From: Eledone cirrhosa
Lineage: Eukaryota
Length of the DNA: 64,000 nucleotides
Direction: 5' to 3'
NCBI GenBank assembly: GCA_964016885.1
Contig: OZ024755.1
Location: 14,012,001 to 14,076,000, forward strand
This document shows positions 30,127-43,222 of this stretch, one piece after another. A program made the position numbers and the translations under genes. Numbering within the stretch: position 1 is the stretch's first letter; every line of letters begins with the position of its first letter. The notes below the pieces were generated by a model. The model worked only from the letters and a program-made list of their open reading frames with translations. It had not been told where the DNA came from and did not search any database.

Positions 30127-30524
30127 TGACCCGCAAACTTGCCGGTCAGCATAAAGATATCGAAATAATGAGTACCAGACTAGAAAGGCTATGATCAACT
30201 AATCCTTTGACGTCGGTGCCCTAGCATGATTGCCGTTAAATGGCTGATACCAGTGTAAGTATATCATATATATTATATGAATGTATATATATATAGTACA
30301 CGCCCACACATACAAACAGGCATGCACATACGTATACACACACACACATACACCCACACATGTAAAGATGTATATACATATATGTAGGATCGGAGTAACT
30401 GTTTCAGCATATATATAAACTTTATTGGCATGTTATAATCTTTTCGATATCTACCGTGGCCTTAACTCTGGAATGCAACCCAACAGGAGACGGACCTCTT
30501 AACAGCATCGAGTGCTTCGGACGG

Positions 30525-30553
30525 CGCACCACAAGTAACTTTAGTTATACACT

Positions 30554-30643
<90 letters not shown>

Positions 30644-30673
30644 AAGTGTGTGACTACAGTTACATGTGGTGCG
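30525..30673. repeat. 33-bp inverted repeats enclosing a (CA)n tract
   Basis: CGCACCACAAGTAACTTTAGTTATACACTTAAC (30525-30557) versus reverse complement of 30641-30673: 4 mismatches. Confidence 0.9.
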
Positions 30674-31472
30674 TTGCTCGAAATTATATTCCTGGGGGTG
30701 TGAAATAGTTCTCACTTATATAAGGAGTTTGTGGTTTGGCGTTCAATAACCAGTGAAATGACGATTTTCCGGTCTACTCAAGTCTCAATGGCCTACCAAC
30801 CGTTCCGAGTATTTTCGTCTACCGAAAAAAATGAAAATGTATTTATTCCAAGCACTCTAGGAAGGTGGACAGACCCAGGCGTTGCGAGTGCAAGTAAGAA
30901 AGCCGTCACAACCAGCCGTTTATCCAACGTGTACCAAATGATTATTAGTTATTTATATCAGTGATGTTAGAGTCGTAGGAAAGTTTAAATGTAGTAAAAT
31001 TAAATCAAAGTAGGATTTAATGAAATAGGAAAATAAACTATACTCAATCTCAAGCTAATCTGGGTTCCATGTGATGTTCACTTTTGTATTCATATGGGAT
31101 ATAATCTTATCCCACACTATAATAGATATAGGTAAGATATAGATTTACACCTTAATACTATAACGTACTTATGGTAAGTATGCGAAAGAGATAGTGCAAC
31201 GTAGTTAATAAAAAGAAACGTTTCTTGTAGCGTGGACGTGTAGCATCTTGTATGGGTTACTAGATAACGCTAAGGTCAAGACGTGCACAAGTGAATTCAG
31301 AAAAGAAAAACGACATATAAAGTAATAGTCTAGTGTAGTGAAATAAGTTCAGGTAACAGTTGAGTAAAAACCAACGGTAAGAATATAAAGAATATAAAAT
31401 GTAATCATACACAGAGTGGTAAACATGGGAGTAAAAATAGAAGTAAATACGAAATATATACAAATGAAAGTG

Positions 31473-31573
<101 letters not shown>

Positions 31574-31716
31574 AATACATATATATATATTCACATGTAT
31601 ATATTCATATATGAATACATATATATATATATATATGTGTGTGTGTGTTCATATATGTACCTGTGTGCATAGATAGAATGATAAATAGGTTGGTAGGTAG
31701 GTAGGTAGATAGATAA

Positions 31717-31766
<50 letters not shown>

Positions 31767-33109
31767 GATAAATCTTATCATCTCTAAATGTATAGTGATA
31801 ATATAACAACATATCACATAATATAGCGTAACAAACAGAGAATTGTGGAAATATAATTAAAAATAATATTGTTTTTTAGTCCAATATTCACACTTCTTTT
31901 ATTTTTATAGAACGAACGAAGATAATTTGTTTTTCCAAACGATTTATTTTCTTCGCGAAATTTGGAAGAATATATTTGAAAAATATACAAAATATGACAG
32001 TTAATCTATTTTATATTTATTCCATGTCATATTTTCTATGTTTTCGAAATTTATTCTTCAAAATTTCTTAAAAAATTATAATTCGTTAAATTCGTTCTAT
32101 AAATATATAAGAAATAATAGATTTTCATGTTTTCTAGTCAAAATGGTTCTAGTCAGCCCAGATATGAATTGGATCTTTAGTTTGGCACGAGGTTGGTGGA
32201 ATTGATAGAACTTCAGATTGAATGTTCCCTGTATTTGCTTTTGTCGCTTGCCCTTTGAGTTCGGTAAAATTTGTCTATCTTTTGAGGGTTGATAAATAAA
32301 ATATTAATCAAAGGACGTCGAATTGACGTAATGGTTAAAGAGTTGGAAGAGATATATTTTCGGTATCTGTTCCGGTTGTTTGCATTCTGCGATCCAAATC
32401 CTGCCTTCTGTTACAAGCTGGCCTCTCGTTGAAAGTAATTGACGGAAAAATGCAATCATGAACATTCTCTGATGACAATTGAAGTGTGTTCGTTTCTAGT
32501 CTATGCAGGAATAAAGATTAGGAGTCGAAGTTGTTTACGGCCATCATAGAATACAATCAAATAATGTGTGCATAGGTGAGGAGTCAGAGTTTACTGCGGG
32601 ATTAAATGCTAATTATGGAAGCAGCAGAACTATTATGACAGGAATTTATATAGTAATATAAAACAATGCAGAGAGCAAAGTGATGTTGGAGAGATGAAAT
32701 AGTTCCGTTGTAATGTAATATGATGTGAGCTCAATTTTTGTAAGAAATGTATGAACAGGGAGGCTTTTAAATTTGATGCCAACATTATTTCGACGATACT
32801 GGTGGAATATTTCCCACGAGAATGAATCTAACAAAATGAAAGGACTTCACAATGTGTCTTGAGGAACCCAGCCGACAGAATAGGTTATCCTGAAGGGTAG
32901 CGAGAGGGATTAGCTGAAACAGCCAGTACAATTCACGTGGTTCGTTCTTGCGGTAATTTGCATCCCGGTCACAGTATGTAGGGAGATTTGTTCGGAGACC
33001 CAGGACGCCAGATGTTTCTGCCACTATGGTTTCAACGAGAAAAAAATTTGGAGAGCTGTACTTTTTCAGCTTATGATCTTTAACCTGTCGGAAAACGAAG
33101 CCCTGGATT

Positions 33110-33372
33110 TGTGTCCTAAAATACCACCAACAACACTGTATCTTAAACTACCACCACAAATACTGTATCCTAACACCCTCCCCCCATTATTTTATCCTAA
33201 ACTACTACCACAAGTACTGTCTCCTAAATTACCACCACCAGTACTGTCTCCTAAACTACCCCACCATTAATGTATCCTAAACTACCACCACCAACATTGT
33301 ATCCTAAACTACCCCCACCAACACTCTCTCCTAAACTACCACCACTACTTTATTTTAAACTACCACCACTAC
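33110..33372. repeat. ~27-bp minisatellite (TGTATCCTAAACTACCACCACCAACAC-like), ~9-10 copies
   Basis: Direct tandem periodicity. Confidence 0.92.
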
Positions 33373-33949
33373 AGTGGCTGTCTAACCCATGTGCCAATCC
33401 TAGCATACAATACACATGATCTTTAACAATATATCTCTGATTAACTGGCAATATCTCAAATTGCGCAATATCTAAATACTGTTATAGAAACAGCCAGACC
33501 TGAAAATGTACATTGAATTAAATGTTGTTACAGAAAACAATTTTATAGACGTTGTAGGTTGAAATAGAGACTCAGAAGCTGGATATTATTGATCAATACA
33601 TATATGATATTAAATAGGTGTGGGTGGTTCTGTTGGGTTCCTTCAAATAACAGTTTACCATTTTAGGGAATTCTCATTGAACGGTGTACGTATGTATAGG
33701 TTTTGGTGTACTGTGTCTAGATTATAAACAAACAAAACTGACATTGAATGATGACTGTTGGAAAGATGATGCTCATGGTAGAAGTATTGGTAGGGGTATT
33801 GGTAGGGGCATTGGTGGTGGTGATAAACTCGGTGACCGATTAATTGTATCAACCAAGTAAATTAGCAAAGTAGACAAGAGTGGGATTTAAACTCGTAAGA
33901 CAAAGATCCAGGACAAACCCTGGAAAGCATCCCATCTTGCTCCCTAATG

Positions 33950-34100
33950 ACCCCATTATCTTACACTGATCCTCTATTTGACGGCCCCACAATCCACCAA
34001 CTTACATTGATACTCTATTGAACAGTCTCACAACCCACCGTCTTACAAATACTCTGTCTAACAGCCCCGCAAACCACTTTCTTACACAGATACTCTATTT
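33950..34100. repeat. ~40-bp minisatellite (CTTACAnnGATACTCTnTnnnACAGCCCC..CCAC), ~3.5 copies, running into a SINE A fragment
   Basis: Units start near 33960, 34001, 34042 and 34081. Confidence 0.8.
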
Positions 34101-34725
34101 ATCGAACCAGAATGGATGCAAGACAAGGTTGAACTCGGTGGGATACAAATTCAGATCAGATTCAGTTTGGGAATTACGTTAAGGGTCAACGTTACTACCT
34201 GGACTTTCAATTGGCCGATCAATTGAATGCTCATCGACGAAACCGACGGAGAATCAAATCCTCATTAGTAATATATCCCTCATCAAACTATGCACTACAT
34301 CGCAGATTATATAGTAAATATATAATATAGCTAGTGAGCACATCCAGATATATTGTGTGTATCAAGTCACATGTTGCATGTCAGTACTGTACACATTAGC
34401 CTAATCGAAGGTCAACTGCTGTTCAACTCCGATCAATAAGCAGTCAACAGCGAGTTCAGAAATACCCGAGTAGCATAATGATGAAAATCGATATTCAATA
34501 TGGGTGGTACATTAAGCAGTAGCTAATCAATATATTTGCTTAATGTCTAATGTAATTAAGTATTCCCACAACTGCATATCTCCCGAATGGAGATTGTATC
34601 TCTGATTGTATGAGGTTCGGGTTTGTCTGTTAATAAACTAAAATGGCAGAGTTGGTCTGTCTCAATTTCAATTCAATACATTATCATTGTGTTCTTATTC
34701 TTTCCAAAACAAATGCAACGTGAAG

Positions 34726-34986
34726 ACGCGTGGCTTAGTGGCTTAAGTGCTTAGAGTGTTTGGTTCAATATCGTACGGTTGTCAACTTGATTCCCGGTGG
34801 CACATTGTGCCCTCAAGCAAGGCAAATTACATGTTGATCCAGTCCGCTCAGCTAGCAACAATAAGATGTATCTACCTATAATTCAAAGAGCCAGCATTGT
34901 CACACTGAATCTTCCTGAGAACTGCGTTAATAGTACACGTGTCTATAGAATGATCTGCCACTTGCATGTTAATTTCACGTGCAGGT
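34726..34986 (+). mobile_element. tRNA-derived SINE family C
   Basis: GCGTGGCTTAGTGG..TTGATTCCCGG head; body CTGAATCTTCCTGAGAACTGCGTTAATAGTACACGTGTCT..TTAATTTCACG shared with 18860, 42830 and 50255. Confidence 0.82.
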
Positions 34987-35309
34987 GAAGCACAATTGTA
35001 ACAAAATGTAGCTGGCAGTTAGTGTTACACAAACACATTTTGATACTTACCAGTTTACTAGGATTTCTAACATTTGGCACACTATTACGGAGGTAGAATG
35101 GAATTCAGTTCATTTGAACGACCCTGGAATATATCTGGTACTTTATTCTATGGACCTCAACTTCTATGAGATTTTATGCGAAACAACAGTAATAACATGG
35201 TACAGTACTACTGCTTCCCTATCACGAGCCATCATGGATAGTGCTTTTCTTTGATGTCTTTGTTGTTAAGCGAATAAGAGAAAATGTTTCCAAGATAACC
35301 TATTAGAGT

Positions 35310-35800
35310 TATCTTTAACGTTGGTAAAATTTAGACTGTACACTATAAACCAACGTTGGTTTGGTTAACACTGTAACTACAAATGGACCTTGTTTTAATT
35401 CAAACTGTACACTGGAAACACACGTTGATTTAATTAACCCTTTAACATTTAAATAACTCTATATATACTATTGTATTTTCACGGTAAAGGCTTTATCTTA
35501 CATAATATCTCACATAATATCGAATCTGTGAGATTTTGATATTATTCATTTTGAGAACAATACCTTGGCATCAGTATGACCAGCTGGTTACAGCTGGTTT
35601 GAACAGAAAGAGGTGAGAGAGTTCTGGCCGGTTATGGTCGGTTTAAATGCTAAAGGGTTAAAGCATTACACTATAAACGAACGTTTAATTGAAACTATAC
35701 ACTACAAACTATAGTCGCTTTAGTTGAACTAAAACCTAGAAACCAGCGTTGGTTTAATTAAAACTGTACACTACAAACCAACCTTGTCTTAAATGAAATT
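35310..35800. repeat. Degenerate ~34-bp minisatellite (ACTGTACACTACAAACCAACGTTGGTTTAATTAA), ~7 copies
   Basis: Three units before and four after the MITE at 35438-35657. Confidence 0.8.
35438..35657. mobile_element. piggyBac-type non-autonomous element (MITE)
   Basis: TTAA (35434-35437) CCCTTTAACATTTAAA ... TTTAAATGCTAAAGGG TTAA (35658-35661): 15/16 TIR match with TTAA TSD. Confidence 0.85.
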
Positions 35801-36069
35801 TATACATGAACGAAACAATCACTCAATTGTACAATAAAGATGCTGTACCTACTCGGTACCAACGCAGAGATAAATAGTCTCAGCCATTGAAAGTTAAATG
35901 AACAGTTCATTGAGAGTGGTAGCATGGTACGAGAGATTCCAGAGCGTGAAATTTGGGACGAGGGGAGGGATATGTCTCACCAAACATGATCAAACATAGC
36001 ATGGATTATGAAGGGAGACTTAATATATGCGTGGAATTGGTTTAATTCTATGCATATATTGGTACAGTT

Positions 36070-36230
36070 TATTCGACAGGCCTCCACAGCGTTTTGTCTA
36101 TTAAATTTCGCTCACAAAGTTTCACTGGTTGACTCCAGATTGCAGTAGTAAAGACGTGCTCCGGGGGCTGCTCTGTGTCAGCAAACCCAAAACCATGAGA
36201 ATTTAAAGTGAACTTCTTACCCATACGGCC
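36070..36230 (-). mobile_element. SINE family B, diverged
   Basis: Reverse complement begins TGGCCGTATGGGTAAGAAGTTCACTT and ends GTGAGCGAAATTTAATAGACAAAACGCTGTGGAGGCCTGTCG. Confidence 0.7.
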
Positions 36231-37550
36231 AGATAAGAAAAAATAATATAGTTGAAACTTCTATTGTCGATTTATCGATATGCTAAACTAAATCCCTCCA
36301 AGGCGGTGCCTCAGCATGGTAGTAGACAAATAACTGAAACTAATCAGAGAGTCAAAGAATAAAAGAATATTAATGAAATATGTTATTTGTAAGTATAGTA
36401 GCTTGAGGACACTACCAGTTGTTGGTTGGTAGAATGATATAAAGTCGGAAACAGTTCAGATATAATCACTGGCAAACATACAAAAGACAAATTTGTGTAA
36501 TTAAAGCAGAGAGAGAAAGATGTTGATAAAAAGAAAAAACTATAAAAATAAAACCTAATTAAAATTTATTAGTTGTAAACACGTAAGGTTTAATTGAAAC
36601 TACATTATCATCAATTATGTGCCAGTTTGCATTTAATTATGAATAAAGACTCAATGGTGAAACACTGGTTTCAGTTGTTATACAGATTCCATTTTGTATT
36701 AAAATTCCAATGTTTACCTCTTTAGAAGCTTACCATGTTTATCTAGAAAATTAACAAATATCGCCTCTGTCTCAAACTGATTGCTTGTTGTAACATGCTG
36801 GTAGCTGTATCAAAGATTGTATTAGCTTCATTGTGTTAATTTTATGAGGTATTGTGAATAAATAGCTGTAAGATTAATAATACCTTATGTTCCGTAATAA
36901 CATCTCGGATGGAGGCTACAAGTACGTTCAAAATTTCTACATTCCTAGTATAGACGTTTCTTTTTATTGGTGTCTCCCTAGTAGCTGCAGATCAGTGGCC
37001 TGAAACTCAAGGACTCAAAAGAACTATTACGTAGGGCACAGTGGGCCAAAAGTGAGATGTGGTGGTGCATGATTTCTGCCAGTTATAATGCTAATGTGCA
37101 ATACAGCTTACAGGGTGCTATTTATTTTTTCATCAAAACATATGATAGTAAGTTTTTACTTTTGATAAATTCATTTTTTATCGTTTTCACATACACACAT
37201 TTATATATACAGGTGTGTGTATAAACAAATAAAAAGAGCAACCCAACACTTGATGTGCAGTTTGAATATATATATATATATATTAAAAATTATAAGAATT
37301 ACTTTTCTAGTGATTGTTATTCGGTTGAAAAACACTTTATTATTAAAGAATAACAATTACCAGAAATATAATAAATATAATTTAGTGTACCAAGGATTCT
37401 TTCATTTTCTACAGTGTATTTATATACATATACATATATATGTATATATATATATATATGCATATATATATATATATATTATATATATATACACACTCAT
37501 ATATATATATAACATCTCGATGGTAAATTATTATCGGAGCATAGATTGAA

Positions 37551-37852
37551 ATTCTTATAAAATGTAGAAATCTCAGACGTGGTATTTAGTTCTAATCACA
37601 GTTGATTGTTATAAGTAATACATTAGAAAATCGGGTAATATACCCCTATAGGCGGAAAAAGGTTTCCAAAAGCCACTACGAAGAATCGATCTCTGTATGT
37701 CTCAATTACGAAAGTCGATTCTTCGTTGCAGCTGCTGACTACTTTTTCCGTCTCTAGCGGTATTTTACCCAACCTTCTAAACTATTATTTATAGAAATCG
37801 ACTGTCGTTACAGTTATATTCTGGGTCTGAGATTTCCACAAATTCTAAGAAT
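37551..37852. repeat. ~300-bp imperfect palindrome (fold-back/MITE-like)
   Basis: Nested complementary blocks: GAAATCTCAGAC/GTCTGAGATTTC, GGGTAATATACC/GGTATTTTACCC, CGGAAAAAG/CTTTTTCCG, ACGAAGAATCGA/TCGATTCTTCGT; centre ~37701. Confidence 0.85.
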
Positions 37853-38451
37853 ATATATTTTTTCTACAGGAAATTAGAAGGCAAATATTACATACCTACT
37901 TCAAGTTTCTCCATAGGAATTGGATGTTACGTGTTAATCAGCAAGTCTAAGCTCATTCGGTTTGGATTATTGAAACATATTTTTCAAAATTATCTTAGTG
38001 TTATTTTAATCAATGACTCTATAACGCATTGAGTTCTCTCTTTCTTATTCTTGTACGTAAATATCCCAGTGTATGTGTGAACATGTCTATCCACCTCTGT
38101 GTGTATGTGTGTTGAAGTGTAAGTGTATACGCGCATAAGTGTATGTGTTGAATATGACTAATTTTGAATATCATCAGAAATGTTATTAGATACTTGAGGA
38201 CATAAGAGTTGCGAATTTTATGCAAAATATTTCATAAAACATAAATATCTATCTGCTAGAGATAGAGGTAACAGAGAGGTAACAGGGAGGAACAGAGAGA
38301 GAAATTATTGAGAGAGAGAGAGAGGTGGGAGCACATAGAAAGCTGATACATATATATATCTGTGTGTGTGTGCGTGTGGTGTGTGTATATATATATATAT
38401 TTATATTTATATATATATATTTATATTTATATATATATATATAAATATTTG

Positions 38452-38506
<55 letters not shown>

Positions 38507-38521
38507 TTATATTTATATATT

Positions 38522-38554
<33 letters not shown>

Positions 38555-38559
38555 ATATT

Positions 38560-38603
<44 letters not shown>

Positions 38604-38607
38604 TATA

Positions 38608-38674
<67 letters not shown>

Positions 38675-38904
38675 AGATAAATTGATTGATTGCTGTACCT
38701 TTCGTTCACAATGTGTATTCTGGCAGAAAACTTCAACAACCCATGAGGCCTAATTATAGTTATTGGAAAACATTCAGGAATCTGACACCAGAAAATCACA
38801 CATAAACCCACCCACACGCATACACATATATACACGATGGCTGCCCCCTCGTTATCGAGTATAGTCATTGCACGATATACCATTATTAATAATTATTAAT
38901 TAAT

Positions 38905-39445
38905 TCTATCGTGCAATGCCTGTGCGTGAAAATATTTTTTAAAGTGAGGAAAGACTGTGCACTGAGGCAATCCCATTCTCTGAGCGACAGTAGTTATAAT
39001 CCGAAAAGAAGAAAATATCAACATCATCGGTAACTACTGAGCCGCAGGTTTTATATCGGAGTCATCCCAGTTTCATGATTTGCCTTCTCCTAGAAGAATG
39101 CCCTGACAAAGGCTAGGGTTCCTTCACTCCTAGTGGTTTAACCGCGTGATCGGGTGTCCAGCCCGACTATTTCTATTTTCCCGCGCATATACATACACAT
39201 GCACCCATGTCTATACACATATACATACATATTTACATGTGTATATACATATTTACACACTTTTGGATGGCCGTTGACTCTTATGAGTTCTTCCGCACTT
39301 TGTCAGGTTTTGTTTTTTGTCCTGCAGGGTGTCCAAAATCACCAGTAAACTTGATGGGGTTGCCGGTTTAGTCGCCGACGACCCGACCAATCGACAGGTT
39401 GTACTGGGTTACATGTTACTAGTAGCACTCAAGAGTGACCCGACA
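38905..39445 (-). mobile_element. Non-coding interspersed repeat, RTE 5'-UTR-like; homologous to 51409-51790
   Basis: Long colinear match to 51409-51790 (e.g. GGCGACTAAACnGGCAACCCC, CCTGCAGGAC, CTAGGAGAAGG). This copy has an extra ~130 bp including a microsatellite. Confidence 0.8.
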
Positions 39446-39872
39446 TAACATAACATATATACATACATACTTACATAAAAACATGCATACATACATTCAT
39501 ACGTATATAGGTACACACATACATATTTACATACATATTTAGGGGTATAAAACTGAAGAAAAGCAAGCGCACAGGGATTTTACAAGTCCTCAGAGATCGG
39601 AAAGATCGATGCAGTTACGCTTAGAATATTGCAATTTCAAAGAGTTTGGAAATACGTTGGTTTTGAGGGTTAGAGTTAAATGCTTGAACGGCTGTGTGGA
39701 GGTTAATATGTGACATTGGGGATTTAGACATAACATAGGTGATGAGAAAAGGTGGTGGTAGGTGAATGATTCAGAAATATTTAAGTGAGGGGGGGGGGGT
39801 TACATATGACCAGCCAGCACTTAGGAGCAGAGATCAATAGAAAAGACAAAGTAAGGAGAGAGTATGTTCTTG

Positions 39873-40098
39873 GGACAGAGACGTCTGTGAGACTGAGACG
39901 TCTGTTAGACAGAGATGTATGTTAGACAGAGACGTCTGTTAGACAGAGATGTCTGTTAGACAGAGACGTCTGAGCGTGTGAGACAGAGACGTCTGTGAGA
40001 CAGAGAAGTCTGTGAGACAGAGACATCTATGAGATAGAAACATCTGTTAGACAGAGACATCTGTTAGACAAAGACACCTGTTACACAGAGACGTATGT
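39873..40098. repeat. 20-bp minisatellite (GACAGAGACGTCTGTTA/GTGA), ~11 copies
   Basis: Direct tandem periodicity. Confidence 0.92.
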
Positions 40099-40559
40099 CA
40101 ATATGGTGCTCCTACGACTCCATCAGGAAATACGGGGCCATACCATGCCATAGTATAGAATATAGCGTTACTTAAATCATCACTTGTTAACTGTCGGTAT
40201 CAGATACAATTTCTGTTATACATGGTGTTCACCATTTTCATTCATTTATAGATAAACTTGTACTCTTTATAAAGTTAGTCTCCTAAAAACCAAAGAGAAA
40301 TTCAACTCTACGCAATGAAGCATGATGAACAAATGAAAATATGTTGAAAGATTGTTAAGAACAATATGGGTTTCAAGCTCCTTCAGAACCATTTCAGCAG
40401 TCTGAAATGACTGCGTAACGTTTTGTTGCCATTTTGATCATGTTATCAGGGGCACTTATAAAAGTCGATCAAAAGCTTTAGGAGGATTCATAAACACATA
40501 TCCTCAAAACAGTTTCTATTTGATTTGGCACGTATGTACGATGTGTAATTTGAACCGTC

Positions 40560-41000
40560 TCTTTATGTGTACAAATAGAAAATGAATATTGCAATAGTTT
40601 ATGCTGACAAGATAATACGTCGCCGTATACAATTGTTAGAAGCATTGAAGAAACGCAAGGGTAAAAATGTATTAGTGGCAGAAAATACGATTAAGTTTGC
40701 ACCAGTTACTGACAGATAACATCGAGGTTGTTTCAATCATTCACGGTCATTTTTATAATAAATCTCCAACAACATGAAACAACGATTATTCACGCCATCT
40801 TCTGTTCATAAATCATCAAAATCACGACTAGACACTTTTAACTTTATGCCACAAGTAAATTTCTGAACTTAGTACCTGAGCTTAATCCCAAGTTTTCAGA
40901 CGTTTTAAACTAACATTTTCCAAAATTGTTGCAGCTTAGAAATATTCTGTACAATGATGAGCGACATATTTAACCAGACATGAAACCTTTAATCGAATGC
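40560..41000 (+). pseudogene. Possible highly decayed Tc1/mariner transposase relic
   Basis: Broken frames give TIVRSIEET, KSPTT, TPSSVHK, VPELN and NILYNDERH in the order expected for the HTH-to-first-catalytic-Asp (FSDE) region. Confidence 0.35.
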
Positions 41001-41754
41001 TCAAAAGTAATTCCATACAACCTCCGTGGTCGTCCGGTTGCTATATGGAAACCAGAAGACTAGGTTCATTAACGATTAAAATGTTATCACAAAGAGATAC
41101 AGAAACATGAGTAACGATGTTCAAGAATCTTATTGTGGATCCAGTTTGGAAATTCTGTTAAACGTTCCTCCCGAGGTGAGCCTAATTAAATTATTTCTTA
41201 AATTGTATTTAATAAGCTGTATTGCTTAGAGTATGCGGGATTATAATTAGATACACATCACCACCATAAGGCAGTATTTGGCATAAAATAACTGTTAGGT
41301 AGAAAAGGGCATCCATGCGTATAGAAAGGTATAAGGGTCCAAAAAGTTCAGCTTCTCTTTCAGGAAACTATTTCAACATTGTATGTATGCATGCATGTAT
41401 GAATGTATGAATGTATGAATGTATGTATTTTAAACTATTGGTTGCTATTTGTACAAAATATGTTCTGTAACTGTTTATTTGTATTTCTTATATTTGTTGT
41501 TAATGACTTGATCAGTAGCCAACAATACCTTTCATTTGTTTAGAATTATTATTACTACAACAATATCATTATTGATACCATTTATTAATTGAATAATTTA
41601 TATTATTTTACATGAAGAGGAAACTTTCCTCACCTTCAACATAGCAGTGAACAAGATAAAAAAATTGTAATTGATCTAATACAATCACACCCTCTCAAAC
41701 ATAAAGACCCCTTAATTGAAACTCAAAGTATCACCAATATATATACATACACAC

Positions 41755-41828
<74 letters not shown>

Positions 41829-42092
41829 ATATGAATATACATATCCACCCATATTTATATGTATATATATATGTAATAATCTGTTAATGTTTCTCATTTA
41901 CTTTATGCTTTTTGCGCGTGTGGGTGTATACATGCATACATGCATAATACATACATATATCCATACATACCAACGTATATACATACATACCAAGCTGCAT
42001 ACATACATACATAATACATACAAACATACATGTATACATAGCCAAATTCATATAAGCCACATATATATAAGAGAAAGTATAAATTTGTATCT

Positions 42093-42200
42093 ATTTTGAA
42101 AGGATGAAAGGTAAAGTTGATATCTGCTGGATTTGAACTCAAATCGCAGAGACCCGCAACGAACACCACAAAGCTTCAATCGGACATTCTAATGACTCGT
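42093..42200 (-). mobile_element. SINE family A fragment
   Basis: GAAAGGATGAAAGGTAAAGTTGAT..GGATTTGAACTCA on plus strand. Confidence 0.75.
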
Positions 42201-42479
42201 TAATCATAGTAGTAACGTATAAAACAGAAGTACTTTCTTTTATTCTATTTTGCCTTATTTTGTTTTATTTGGAATTTTGTTTCTTTTACTGCTTCTTTGG
42301 GGTGGAGCAGAGAACTATGTTTATTTATAAGCGATAGAATTATACACTGATGAATTTTTTTTATTCAAACACTGAATGCAAAATGACGAAAAGTTGATCT
42401 CAGTTGGAGCTCAGAGAACCAGAAATGTTGTCCTTCGTCTAATTACTCTGCCAGTTCACTGCCTATACTCTTTGTTTAG

Positions 42480-43222
42480 AGCTGTCACTGAACGCAGACA
42501 TGTATATATGGCTAAGAATTTCGATTCACGCACACGAGATTCTAGTTTTGATTATAAAGCGTGATATCTTGGATAAGTGTCTTTACCATAGCCTCTGATT
42601 GACTCAAGCCCTTTGAGTAAAGTTTGGAAGACAGAACCTATGTGTAAAGCATGTTGGATAGATTGTAATTGTAATCCTAGAGCTTCCACCTTGATAAATA
42701 TTTTGACATTCTGATTTAGCTTGGGAATTACACATAGCTGTGGAATAATCAACCATTTAATGCAGAATGAATTTGTACGTGTAATTCAAAAGTCCGGCTA
42801 TGTCACATATTGAACCAAGCTGATTCAGCTTGAGAATTATGTTAAAGGTTACACGTGTCTGCGGAATACTCAACTACTTACGCATTGATTGATTGATTCA
42901 CGAGTTGGATGTTCAGATAATCGAAAAAGAATTCAATGTTCATCAAAGAAAATATGCTTAGAACGCGGTGAGCGAGAATTTAGAATCGCCGTAACATTGA
43001 CTGCATAATATAGTATAATACTGGGGCGTATAGACCCAAAACCCACCGGAATGAAAAAGATGGGTATCAACACTCATGGGAGTGTGTTCTGATACCCATC
43101 TTCTTTCCGTTCAGTAGGTTTTTACGCCCCATAATTAGACTATATTATGTAGTCAATATTACAACGATGCTTCTCTTTCTATTTCAATTCAATGTTTATC
43201 GTTGAAACCGACGGAGGATCCA
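42480..43222 (+). mobile_element. Diverged SINE B plus SINE C 3' module, interrupted by a fold-back insertion
   Basis: CTTGGATAAGTGTCTTTACCATAGCC; TGAGAATTATGTTAAAGGTTACACGTGTCTGCGGAATACTCA; terminal ATCGTTGAAACCGACGGAGGATCC displaced to 43198-43222. Confidence 0.7.
42945..43185. mobile_element. Fold-back element with 15-bp flanking duplication
   Basis: Inverted arms 42985-43075 and 43080-43168. AATTCAATGTTCATC (42930-42944) and AATTCAATGTTTATC (43186-43200). Confidence 0.82.

Noticed and set aside
33110-40098. CRISPR-like arrays of 20-40-bp repeats
   Set aside because: Head-to-tail degenerate units without unique spacers, no cas genes, eukaryotic context: these are minisatellites.
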